Of a DNA stretch of 30,215 nucleotides, positions 1 to 7,711 are shown in pieces (position 1 is the first letter of the stretch; every line of letters starts with the position of its first letter). The DNA comes from a virus (Duplodnaviria; Heunggongvirae; Uroviricota; Caudoviricetes): the IMG/VR virus record IMGVR_UViG_3300007072_000340, positions 1 to 30,215 of that record; one strand, 5' to 3'. The notes below the pieces were generated by a model. It did not search any database. It was not told the origin of the DNA and saw only the letters and a program-made list of their open reading frames with translations. The position numbers and the translations under genes are program-made.

Positions 1-60
1 ATGCGGATTTACGGCCCAAGGCTTCAGCTTTTCCGGCATACCGCGCATGGTGATCGTCCA

Positions 61-723
61 ATGAAGATTCCCTTCTCCATCTACGACTTCTTCGGCTACT
101 TGGCAAGCGGGTTTCTGCTTTGCGTGGCCCTTGACTATTGCCTAGACGCGAACTGGCTGATGCGGGACAAGCCGCCCGTGGCACACATGGCTTTCTGGAT
201 TGTGGCGGCCTACATCGTCGGTCATATCAACGCGAATCTCTCGTCGTGGGTTCTGGAAGAACGTCTCGTGGGGAGTTTGCTCGGCCGGCCAAACACCAAT
301 CTATTCGGAGTTGCACCGGAGACCAAGGGATGGCTCCGCAAGCGGCTTCAGCACTGGCTGCCGACCGTCTTTCGGGGCTACTTCGTGCCGTTGCCCAAGC
401 GGGTTCAGGAGCGGATTAGCGATCGCGCGACCGTGGAGGGCAAGCCACTTGAGGGCGAGGCGCTGTTCCACCACGTTCGGACGCTCACGAAGAGAGATCA
501 GGTTACATGGGGCAATGTCCAGTCTTTCTTTCATCTTTATGGCTTCTGCCGGAACATCTCGTTCGCGCTCCTCCTGACGACGCTACTTTTAGCGGCACAC
601 GGTTGCTGGGCATTAGTCGCCGTGTCGCTCATCGGCTCGGTCGGTATGCTCTACCGCTACTTGAAGTTCTACCGCCAGTATTCCTACGAAATGTTTACGG
701 CATACCCGGACTTGCCCAACTGA
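61..723 (+). CDS. Hypothetical multi-pass membrane protein
   Basis: ORF 1..723; likely start MKIPFSIYDFFG at 61; hydrophobic segments near both termini; only convincing + strand gene. Confidence 0.75.
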   Translation: MKIPFSIYDFFGYLASGFLLCVALDYCLDANWLMRDKPPVAHMAFWIVAAYIVGHINANLSSWVLEERLVGSLLGRPNTNLFGVAPETKGWLRKRLQHWLPTVFRGYFVPLPKRVQERISDRATVEGKPLEGEALFHHVRTLTKRDQVTWGNVQSFFHLYGFCRNISFALLLTTLLLAAHGCWALVAVSLIGSVGMLYRYLKFYRQYSYEMFTAYPDLPN

Positions 724-816
724 TTCAGCCGCTCAATGCCGCAGGCAACCGCGAACCAACGTCCACGATCCCCTGCGGGTCTCAACCGAGAACCGGTAGC
801 TCCTAGCGGCCGGCGG

Positions 817-1155
817 CTAGAGATCAAACGGGCCGTATTTTCCCGCCGTGGGTCGGGGCCGGGCGGCCCCGGCCCCGTGACGTTGGTAGGCGTCGATGTC
901 GGCCGACAAGATGCGAATCGTCCGGCCGATGCGATGATGGGTTAGCTCGCCCCGCTCCACCAGATCATAGACGGTATTCGGGGCCACGTTGAGGCGTTTG
1001 GCGGCTTCCGCCACAGTTAGGGCGGCCTCGGGCGGCGGGGCCGGGCCGCCGTTCTCCATCAGCACGGCGGCCAGCGCCAGGCTGGCAGCGGCGGCCTTGT
1101 CGCCGTCGGTGTGCTTCAGGTACTCGGCGTAGAGGGCGTTGAGGGCGGCGTTCAT
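817..1155 (-). CDS. Excisionase-like (HTH_17) DNA-binding protein
   Basis: LTVAEAAKRLNVAPNTVYDLVERGELTHHRIGRTIRI signature; ATG at 1155 overlaps the upstream TGA. Confidence 0.85.
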   Translation of the reverse strand: MNAALNALYAEYLKHTDGDKAAAASLALAAVLMENGGPAPPPEAALTVAEAAKRLNVAPNTVYDLVERGELTHHRIGRTIRILSADIDAYQRHGAGAARPRPTAGKYGPFDL

Positions 1156-1436
1156 AGATGGCGCTCGATCTCTTCGATGGGGATGCGGACCCGTCCGCCG
1201 ACCCGCACGCAGCGCAATTTGCCGGCTAGGCACATCCGGTAGACCTTCTTGCTGCTTGTATGCAGTTTCTCAGCCGCCTCTTTCACGCTGAGCGTTCCCT
1301 TGTCGTCGGGTTCGATGATGATCGGTTCCGGTGTCGGACGGCTGAGCATGTCCGCCAACGTCAGCACGGCGGCGGCCACCGGGTCTTTGGCGTCGAGAAG
1401 ATAGTCGGCGAACAGGGCCTTGATCTCGGCGTTCAT
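1152..1436 (-). CDS. Excisionase-like (HTH_17) DNA-binding protein, paralog of 817-1155
   Basis: LSVKEAAEKLHTSSKKVYRMCLAGKLRCVRVGGRVRIP signature. Confidence 0.85.
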   Translation of the reverse strand: MNAEIKALFADYLLDAKDPVAAAVLTLADMLSRPTPEPIIIEPDDKGTLSVKEAAEKLHTSSKKVYRMCLAGKLRCVRVGGRVRIPIEEIERHL

Positions 1437-1834
1437 CGGCTCTGCTTGGCGGCAGTATTGGGTTGACCGGCCGGACTACCGAGTTGCTGGAGAATCATCC
1501 CCACGTTGTTGAGGAATTGCAGAGGGTGGCCGTAGCGGTCGAGTATTTCCCGCCGGGCGAACTCGCTCTCCACTAGCTGTTCGGATTGGCTGACCACCTC
1601 TTCAGAAAAATCGGCCAAGGCGGCGTTCTGCATCTTCGTCCAAGTCTCTCCCGCTTCCCGGCAGGCGGCCGAAAGCAATGGATTTGCCTTCTTCCACGAG
1701 TCGAGCGAGGCCATCCGTTGCGAGCGCTCGGCGGCCAGTGTATCGGCGATGTACTTCAAGAGGTGGTTTTGCTGCTCTTGGCCTTCGACAAGTCGTTCCA
1801 AGAGCCGGACCATTCTCTGGCGTGATGTGGGCAT
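1433..1834 (-). CDS. Hypothetical helical protein
   Basis: 133 aa ORF, ATGA-coupled to the next gene. Confidence 0.7.
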   Translation of the reverse strand: MPTSRQRMVRLLERLVEGQEQQNHLLKYIADTLAAERSQRMASLDSWKKANPLLSAACREAGETWTKMQNAALADFSEEVVSQSEQLVESEFARREILDRYGHPLQFLNNVGMILQQLGSPAGQPNTAAKQSR

Positions 1835-1836
1835 CC

Positions 1837-2253
1837 TTAGCGTCTCCGAAACAAGCCACGGCGATAGTAATACTGACAGTTGGAGCGCGGCGTCTCAGCC
1901 GGCTTGACGGCCGGCTTTTCCGGCGGCGAGGCCGGAGCCATCGGAGGCGAGTCGGCCACGACCGGAGTGGGCGGGATCGGCAAAGGGGCGATCTCCGCTT
2001 CGATTTCCACCTCGGTCGTGACCGTCGGGGGCGGGACCGTCGAAACGGCGGGGCCAAGCGGAAGAGGTGCCAAAGTTGGCTGGAGGCCCGAGGGCTTGGC
2101 CGAATGGGGTTTCACGGGAGCCGGCCCGGCGTCCGGGGTAGCGGCCGGCACGGCGGTAAGGGGGGAACGGATCAGCCACGCGCCCAGGGCAATCGCCAAG
2201 ACAACCAAGGCGGCAGCAGTGACGGCACGGTTAAGCAAGTTCAGACCGGTCAT
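1837..2253 (-). CDS. Exported or membrane-anchored Pro/Ala-rich protein
   Basis: N-terminal hydrophobic stretch, Pro-rich linker, C-terminal CQYYYRRGLFRRR. Confidence 0.7.
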   Translation of the reverse strand: MTGLNLLNRAVTAAALVVLAIALGAWLIRSPLTAVPAATPDAGPAPVKPHSAKPSGLQPTLAPLPLGPAVSTVPPPTVTTEVEIEAEIAPLPIPPTPVVADSPPMAPASPPEKPAVKPAETPRSNCQYYYRRGLFRRR

Positions 2254-2612
2254 TTCAGCGGTTCACCTTTCGGAATTGCGGCTCTTGCGCGCTGGACAAG
2301 GGGTTCCGGCCCCACGGCCAACAGTCGAGCGGCTTCAGCCTCGTAGCCCTGGGCGGGGCTGACCATGCGAAACGGCACCATTTCCAGGAAGGCGCTCTCG
2401 GTCCTGCGGAAGTAGCCTCCCACGGCCCGCCGCGCCTCGCGGCGGCCGGCGAAAGTCACGCGGCGGTTGTCGGCGTACCGGCCCTTCCCACAATACCATC
2501 GGCCGCTGACGGTGTGCCGCAGGTGGTAGCCGACGCCGGTGTTACGGTGGCGGTCGTGTTCGGCCGCGTCGGCGATCTTCGCTTGGGTGAGGGTTTCTTG
2601 CGTGGCGGCCAT
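2250..2612 (-). CDS. Hypothetical protein
   Basis: 120 aa ORF, ATGA-coupled. Confidence 0.65.
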   Translation of the reverse strand: MAATQETLTQAKIADAAEHDRHRNTGVGYHLRHTVSGRWYCGKGRYADNRRVTFAGRREARRAVGGYFRRTESAFLEMVPFRMVSPAQGYEAEAARLLAVGPEPLVQRARAAIPKGEPLK

Positions 2613-2620
2613 GATGGTTC

Positions 2621-3028
2621 CTACTGAAACAGCTTGCCTCCGCTCAGTCGGTTAAGCACCCGGCGGGTGGTCTTGAAGTAGCGGACCACCCCACCCAATA
2701 GCCCTGCGCCGATGGCCAGTCCGAACCCTTCGGCCATCGAGCCCGCGTGGGCGTAGCAGAGGTACACCGCACCGCCGAGGATGCCCAGTAGCGTGAGGGT
2801 TACGATTCCGGCCAACAGGCACTCGCACAAGAGCACGACGGTCTTCTTGGCGATGCCCGTGGGACGGAAATGGCTCTCGGCCCATTCGACGAGGATGTCT
2901 CTGACCAACGGCCCCTGGTTGCTGTTGTTCAGCGCGACCGTCGCCTTCCGGCCGGCGATCTCGACGTTCAGCCAGGTGCCCTCGTCGTTCTTGGTCAATT
3001 CCACGGTTGCTTTGGCGGTCTTGTTCAT
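2621..3028 (-). CDS. Hypothetical membrane protein (two C-terminal TM helices)
   Basis: GAGGA RBS; first gene after motif copy 1. Confidence 0.7.
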   Translation of the reverse strand: MNKTAKATVELTKNDEGTWLNVEIAGRKATVALNNSNQGPLVRDILVEWAESHFRPTGIAKKTVVLLCECLLAGIVTLTLLGILGGAVYLCYAHAGSMAEGFGLAIGAGLLGGVVRYFKTTRRVLNRLSGGKLFQ

Positions 3029-3038
3029 GGGATTCCTC

Positions 3039-3075
3039 TATAGGGGACAACGCAAAACGGGGACGAATCCCGAGT
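3039..3075 (-). promoter_or_regulatory. Conserved bipartite promoter-like motif, copy 1
   Basis: + strand TATAGGGGACAACG-N15-TCCCGAGT; ends 11 nt before the ATG at 3028. Confidence 0.8.
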
Positions 3076-3090
3076 ACGAACTGGCGCGGG

Positions 3091-3522
3091 TTACCTTGCC
3101 CTCCGATTGGCGAAGATGCCGCAGGCATACCAGACGCCGTTGCTGCCGCGCACCATTGCGTACCCGTAATAGGTGCAGGGACCATTCACGGCCGCCCAAT
3201 GACCCGAGGAGAGCTTCCAAGAGCGATACATTTCTCTGGCCGCAGCGTTCACGTCTTGACCAGGCCAGCTTTCGTTGGCGACTTCCTTGAACGTGTCGCA
3301 ATCCGGCATCTGCCGCGCGATGCGGGCGTAGCGTTGGTCCCAGGCTTGATGGCCTTGAACCTGGACCCGAGCCTGATAGGCAGCGTGGTTTTCGGCCTCG
3401 CGTTGAAGTACGGGATGGGGTTGCCCGGCGCGGATGCTGAGGACGCCCAGGTCGCGGCCGGTCTGGACAAGTACCTGATTGGGCGTCAGGGCCGCCAGCA
3501 GAACGCACAGTAGGAAGTTCAC
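3091..3522 (-). CDS. CAP (SCP/PR-1) domain secreted protein
   Basis: GTG start overlapping the upstream TGA, signal-like N-terminus, WKLSSGHWAAV and GYAMVRGSNGVWYACGIF CAP-type motifs. Confidence 0.7.
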   Translation of the reverse strand: MNFLLCVLLAALTPNQVLVQTGRDLGVLSIRAGQPHPVLQREAENHAAYQARVQVQGHQAWDQRYARIARQMPDCDTFKEVANESWPGQDVNAAAREMYRSWKLSSGHWAAVNGPCTYYGYAMVRGSNGVWYACGIFANRRAR

Positions 3523-3803
3523 GAGTGGCAGCCTCCGCAGCAGCCGTCTTGTCGGCGCTGACGAACCAATTCCAGGGCCTCGGTCAAATCGGTCACGAAT
3601 TGCTCCGTATCCGGGTGCATCGCGCCGGGATCGCGGCCGGCGTAGCACTCTTCGTCGGTGACGGCGACCACGGCGATCTCGTCGGCCTCGGTGCCGACCG
3701 GGCTGTTCAGGTCGATCTGCTTGATGATCGTGCGCCGGCTGCCTGGCATCTCCAGTTTGTGGAGGAGAGACAACAAGTTGCGGCGGCTCAGTTTGACTTG
3801 CAT
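3519..3803 (-). CDS. Hypothetical protein
   Basis: 94 aa ORF, coupled to neighbours. Confidence 0.65.
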   Translation of the reverse strand: MQVKLSRRNLLSLLHKLEMPGSRRTIIKQIDLNSPVGTEADEIAVVAVTDEECYAGRDPGAMHPDTEQFVTDLTEALELVRQRRQDGCCGGCHS

Positions 3804-3807
3804 GGCG

Positions 3808-3978
3808 TCATTCCAAGGGTGGGAGTTTCAGGTCACGGGCGATCTTGGCGGCCAGCGTGTGTTCCAAGGCATCCAGGCCCGGGCCTCCGGCAATAGTGCG
3901 CAGGTGGTCGTAGACCCGGCGGGCCTCGGCTTCGCTGAGAATCACAATCACGCTACCGTCGATGTCAGTGCTGGGCAT
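3808..3978 (-). CDS. Hypothetical protein (56 aa)
   Basis: GGAG RBS then ATG at 3978 (MPSTDIDG...); the longer ORF-track version runs through the tRNA. Confidence 0.55.
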   Translation of the reverse strand: MPSTDIDGSVIVILSEAEARRVYDHLRTIAGGPGLDALEHTLAAKIARDLKLPPLE

Positions 3979-3992
3979 CAAGGTTCTCCGAA

Positions 3993-4067
3993 TGGCCCCG
4001 GCGGGACTCGAACCCGCATCCCAGGCTTGAAGGGCCTGCATCCTCACCAGTTAGAAATGACGGGGCC
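3993..4067 (-). tRNA. tRNA-Glu (anticodon UUC), atypical; CCA not encoded
   Basis: Acceptor GGCCCCG/CGGGGCC, anticodon stem CAGGC/GCCTG with loop CCTTCAA, T arm GCGGG-TTCGAGT-CCCGC. Confidence 0.85.
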
Positions 4068-4080
4068 GGACCAGTCTTTC

Positions 4081-4115
4081 GTCCCGCCCCAGGGAGGCGC
4101 GACCTGGGGCGGGAC
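4081..4115. repeat. Perfect 13-bp inverted repeat just 5' of the tRNA
   Basis: GTCCCGCCCCAGG-N9-CCTGGGGCGGGAC. Confidence 0.9.
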
Positions 4116-4129
4116 GCAGCACAGAGGGG

Positions 4130-4429
4130 TCACTTCGGGGTCTTCTTCAGCACCCGCGATACGGCCTTGCCGGCGGCCAATACGAGCCGGTCGATCTCGG
4201 CGTTGGCGGCCACGGCCGCCTGATTCAATTGCAGCAGTTCCACCAGATCGTTGCCGGCGCTGAGATAGATCGGGTCGCCTGAGCCAGCGGTCTTCATCGC
4301 CTCGCCTCGTGCCTCGACTTCCTTGCGAATCGCAGCGATCAAGGTTTGCAATTCCGCACCGGTCCCTTTCAGGTCGGACACGAGCACCTGCCCCAGGCGG
4401 CTGAGGCTTTCGCGGATTTCATTCGTCAT
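4130..4429 (-). CDS. Hypothetical helical protein
   Basis: ATG at 4429 overlaps the exonuclease stop. Confidence 0.65.
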   Translation of the reverse strand: MTNEIRESLSRLGQVLVSDLKGTGAELQTLIAAIRKEVEARGEAMKTAGSGDPIYLSAGNDLVELLQLNQAAVAANAEIDRLVLAAGKAVSRVLKKTPK

Positions 4430-5130
4430 GGGTTCATACCCTCCAATCGTTTGATGCCCAGTCGTATCAGCCGCACGACCGCCAGGGCATCTTCCACGGC
4501 GGTGTGGGCCACTTTGCCGTCCAGTCCGGCCCGTTCGTAGCAAGTCTTGCTGTCTGGCAGCCTCTCGTCTTCTGGCCGCAGGTAGAGGACGGCTGGATCG
4601 AGTGTGCGATGGTGCAGCTTCACCACCTGCTCGAATCTTGGAAGCCGTTTCAGGAATTGCCGATCAAAGCTGGCGAAGTTTTTGCCGGCCGGAGTGAGGG
4701 CGGCCCTTCCGTCCCAGCCGCAGCCTTTCAGCCAAGCAGCGAAGTCGTCAGCCACTTGGCCCGGGTCGCGCCACCACGGCTCCCGCCGGCCCGACAAGTG
4801 CCGCAGGAGATTGGCGTTCAGCGCCAAGGCGTAGGCGCTGCCACGATATTCCTTGTAATAGACCAGCCGGTGATAGACGGGCAACTCGCGGATCGGCTTC
4901 GTCCAGTCATCCCACACGGCTCCGATTTCGAGAATCTGGCAGGTCTCGGGATCGAGGCCCGTCGTTTCAATATCTATTGAGACGTAGGGCATCCTGGGCG
5001 GCGTGGCCGGCAGCCCTGGCTCGCGGCGGGCCGTGGCGGCAGGACCGGACCAGCCGCAGCCGTCGCAGTAGGCCGCGCCGTCTTCGGCGACCTTCAGCAG
5101 CTCTTCACACTTCGGACACAGTTTCTTCAC
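4426..5130 (-). CDS. DEDDh 3'-5' exonuclease with N-terminal Zn ribbon
   Basis: SIDIETTGLD, GKNFASFDRQFL and HTAVEDA motifs; CPKC...CDGC at the N-terminus; GTG start. Confidence 0.85.
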   Translation of the reverse strand: MKKLCPKCEELLKVAEDGAAYCDGCGWSGPAATARREPGLPATPPRMPYVSIDIETTGLDPETCQILEIGAVWDDWTKPIRELPVYHRLVYYKEYRGSAYALALNANLLRHLSGRREPWWRDPGQVADDFAAWLKGCGWDGRAALTPAGKNFASFDRQFLKRLPRFEQVVKLHHRTLDPAVLYLRPEDERLPDSKTCYERAGLDGKVAHTAVEDALAVVRLIRLGIKRLEGMNP

Positions 5131-5648
5131 GATTGATCCCCGTCGATGATCTCGGCGTTGTGCTTGAAGAGCATGGCTTGCACCCAGTCCTCGTGTTCTT
5201 GGTGCCAGGCCCCGCAGGAGCACGGGCCAATCAGCATGTCGCACGGTTGGCGGCAGGCGTTGTAGTGCCGGTCAGTCCAGTTTGCGGGCCAGGCAACGGA
5301 GCCATTCATGCGCTTCAGTTGTTGTTTCGCCGCGCGGTTGCGGAGAGCAACAAGCATCTCGATGATCGAGTGGGCGGCTTGCCGTCGTGCCAGGCAGACC
5401 CGGCGCAAGTCGGCCTCGACCGCGTGGCCGGCGTCGTAAATCTGCTCGGCGATCAGTTCCTTGCGGCACACGTCGCGGTACAGGTCGAGGGCCTGTGCGG
5501 CGGCCAGCACGGGGCTGAACACGTCGCTTCGTGGCGGAGTCGCCAGGGCCTCCTGCTGGTCCCTGAACCAGCCGCACACCTCACACAAACGGGCAGGGTC
5601 CCGTGCGGTTTCCAGGGGTGCCGTGCATCGCGGGCAGAACTCTGACAC
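5127..5648 (-). CDS. Cys-rich hypothetical protein
   Basis: CPRC...CEVC at the N-terminus and CRQPCDMLIGPCSCGAWH at the C-terminus. Confidence 0.65.
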   Translation of the reverse strand: MSEFCPRCTAPLETARDPARLCEVCGWFRDQQEALATPPRSDVFSPVLAAAQALDLYRDVCRKELIAEQIYDAGHAVEADLRRVCLARRQAAHSIIEMLVALRNRAAKQQLKRMNGSVAWPANWTDRHYNACRQPCDMLIGPCSCGAWHQEHEDWVQAMLFKHNAEIIDGDQS

Positions 5649-5660
5649 AATTCCACCTAA

Positions 5661-6137
5661 TCAAACTGGATTGAGCCAAGCGAACTCGCCAAATAAATAC
5701 CGTGCTGCCTTGTTGTAGGCTCGTGCCGCCTCCTTTGGTGTGTTGAAACAACCGAGGTGTTTCCTTTTACCGCCACCTATATGGATCACTGCTCTGATCT
5801 TCCCGGATGGGAGGGAGAATACGCCCTTGTATCCCAACTTGTTGTTGCGGTTTGGACCACGATTTCGGAGGTTCTGCTGGTGTGTTGCTGAACGGAGGTT
5901 GCTTCGACGATTGTTTAGACCGTTACCGTCTTTATGGTCGATATGTCTTGGACACCAGCCGGTTGTTAGGCGAAACACAACCCGATGCAAATAGCCATGA
6001 CTATGACTGGCTGCATACCAGGTGGTGCCTTTACGGCGTGCCGCTCTCCAAGGGCCGAGTGCAATCAACTTACTGAACAAGTCGGCATCGACAATCGTAA
6101 CCTTGCCTTGTGTGAGTGGTATCTTCCGAGTCATCAT
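5661..6137 (-). CDS. HNH endonuclease with AP2-type DNA-binding domain
   Basis: IDHKDGNGLNNRRSNLR, GYKGV, HLGCFNTPKEAARAYNKAARYLFGEFA; visibly more AT-rich than its flanks. Confidence 0.9.
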   Translation of the reverse strand: MMTRKIPLTQGKVTIVDADLFSKLIALGPWRAARRKGTTWYAASHSHGYLHRVVFRLTTGWCPRHIDHKDGNGLNNRRSNLRSATHQQNLRNRGPNRNNKLGYKGVFSLPSGKIRAVIHIGGGKRKHLGCFNTPKEAARAYNKAARYLFGEFAWLNPV

Positions 6138-6517
6138 ACCCCTAGCTCCCGGAGGGCTTGGATTTCGTGTTTCGTGAGCCTCCTGAGCACTTCACGCCGG
6201 AGCCGGAGGAGTCGGTCGTACTCGGTTTTCTCTTGCCGGTACGCTTCGACCGCTTCTTGGTACGCCTGGCGGCACGCTTCTTTCGTCCCCCGGCCGGACC
6301 TTCCGCAGGCGGCGCAAGGGATGGTGCGTCGGTACTTGTTGCCTTCGACCGGACACGGCGGGTCGTTCGGATCGTAGACCGTCCCTTGCCCTTTGCAGAG
6401 GAGGCAGGGGTATCGGTGTCCGAAACTTGCTCCGTGTGCAAGGCAGAAGAGTCCGAAGTTCTTGTAGGACCGGCGGGGCCGGATGCGTCGGAAGCCGGTT
6501 GTGAACTCTCGGTGCAT
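6134..6517 (-). CDS. Zn-finger protein (CxxCxGxG-type) with C-terminal helix
   Basis: CLLCKGQG and CAACGRSG; RBS-like GAGGA upstream. Confidence 0.7.
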   Translation of the reverse strand: MHREFTTGFRRIRPRRSYKNFGLFCLAHGASFGHRYPCLLCKGQGTVYDPNDPPCPVEGNKYRRTIPCAACGRSGRGTKEACRQAYQEAVEAYRQEKTEYDRLLRLRREVLRRLTKHEIQALRELGV

Positions 6518-6951
6518 GACTCGTCTTCCTCGTATTCACGGCACTTCATTGGCCGGTTGTCCATTAAGATGGCGTACAGCCGGCGGTCCATGTTCTCCCG
6601 CGCCCACAGGGGCATCCCGCTGGGCAGCCTGCCGCCGAACAGTTCCTTCAAGGCTCGGACGCCGGTGGTTTCGCACGCCCGTGTCCAGAGGCGTTGGTGT
6701 TTCTCGCACTCTTCTTGGGCCGCAGCAAAGGTCTTGATTAGGCGGCGTTTGTGGTTGACGAACTCCCACATCTGACGCAGTTGGCCGTCACTATAAGGAA
6801 GCAGGATTCGCACGCAGGCTTGAAAGCGGGCAGGCACGCGGACGCCGTAGACCTCCTTGCGCCAGACAATCCGGTAGCCCTCCTCCGAAAACCAGGTCTT
6901 GTGGACCTTCTTGTCCTGGCCCCGCTTTCGCTTGCGCGCGAACTCCATCAC
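6142..6951 (-). CDS. Hypothetical protein; C-terminal ~125 aa overlap the 6134-6517 gene in another frame
   Basis: Protein-like N-terminal half, low-complexity S/T/R/K tail. Confidence 0.55.
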   Translation of the reverse strand: MMEFARKRKRGQDKKVHKTWFSEEGYRIVWRKEVYGVRVPARFQACVRILLPYSDGQLRQMWEFVNHKRRLIKTFAAAQEECEKHQRLWTRACETTGVRALKELFGGRLPSGMPLWARENMDRRLYAILMDNRPMKCREYEEDESCTESSQPASDASGPAGPTRTSDSSALHTEQVSDTDTPASSAKGKGRSTIRTTRRVRSKATSTDAPSLAPPAEGPAGGRKKRAARRTKKRSKRTGKRKPSTTDSSGSGVKCSGGSRNTKSKPSGS

Positions 6952-7274
6952 TCAGTCCCCTGCGGCTCGGGCACCTCGGGCGGCTCGAAATCACGGGTCC
7001 AGGCGTCGTAGATTTCTCCGTGCAGCGTGGCCCAGCGTCCTCGATGCCCGTAGGCTTCCTCGATCGCGCGGACGTGCGCCCATTCGTGCAGGAGGGTGTC
7101 GATCTGCCCTTGGTCCGATTGCTTTGAGTTGACGCGGACTCGGTAGTCGTTTCCGTTGAAGGTCGTCAGTCCGCAGTCGCACTTCACGGGTCGGCGAATC
7201 ACAGTGACGGTGCCTTGCACGGGAAAGTGCTTCCGCAGGCGGCGGATCAAGGCTCGCCATTCGCTGGTTCTCAT
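6948..7274 (-). CDS. Small HExxH metallopeptidase-like protein
   Basis: DTLLHEWAH plus a downstream GH. Confidence 0.7.
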   Translation of the reverse strand: MRTSEWRALIRRLRKHFPVQGTVTVIRRPVKCDCGLTTFNGNDYRVRVNSKQSDQGQIDTLLHEWAHVRAIEEAYGHRGRWATLHGEIYDAWTRDFEPPEVPEPQGTE

Positions 7275-7281
7275 AGACGCC

Positions 7282-7491
7282 TCACATCCTTTTCCGACCG
7301 ATGCCGGTGCCGCGATTCTTGCGCGGATGGCACGGGCTGTAGCTGTTGTAGGTCGCGCAGGGCTTCAGCAGCACTCGGCGGACTTTCTTCTTGCCGCACC
7401 TCGCGCAGCGCGTCGGCTGGGGTTGGTTCATGGCCTGGAACGCCTCGAAGGCGTGGCCGCACGCGCTGCACTCCAGGTCGTACAAAGGCAT
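7282..7491 (-). CDS. FmdB-family zinc-ribbon protein
   Basis: MPLYDLECSACGHAFE...CARCG. Confidence 0.85.
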   Translation of the reverse strand: MPLYDLECSACGHAFEAFQAMNQPQPTRCARCGKKKVRRVLLKPCATYNSYSPCHPRKNRGTGIGRKRM

Positions 7492-7492
7492 C

Positions 7493-7579
7493 TCACACGG
7501 TCTCCGGCGGGGAAGCCTGCGGGCGGGCGATCAGGTGGCCGGGCTGGATTTCGCGGGCCAGGAAGTCGGTCGGGTTCAT
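7493..7579 (-). CDS. 28-aa ORF, possibly a truncated gene
   Basis: MNPTDFLAREIQPGHLIARPQASPPETV; stop lies just before the FmdB start. Confidence 0.35.
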   Translation of the reverse strand: MNPTDFLAREIQPGHLIARPQASPPETV

Positions 7580-7600
7580 CGTGTCTGTCTTTCGTTCGAG

Positions 7601-7644
7601 CAAGAGAAAAGGGTGCCAACCGTCGATCAACGCGCTCTGGCACC
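7601..7644 (-). terminator. Possible intrinsic terminator
   Basis: 7-bp stem GGTGCCA/TGGCACC followed on the - strand by CTTTTCTCTT; the loop is long (19 nt). Confidence 0.3.
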
Positions 7645-7711
7645 GGGAGCCAATGCCAACCCACAAGTGAAAGGCGAAAAGGGTCTGGTTGTTTCACGGG
7701 CTGCGGACGGC

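Noticed and set aside
724-816. att site or terminator between the convergent genes
   Set aside because: Only short imperfect hairpins; no U-tract and no partner repeat in the window
3993-4067. Selenocysteine or opal-suppressor tRNA call
   Set aside because: The 5-bp stem and 7-nt loop place UUC at 34-36; there is no long variable arm, and genes end normally at TGA with ATGA coupling, consistent with genetic code 11
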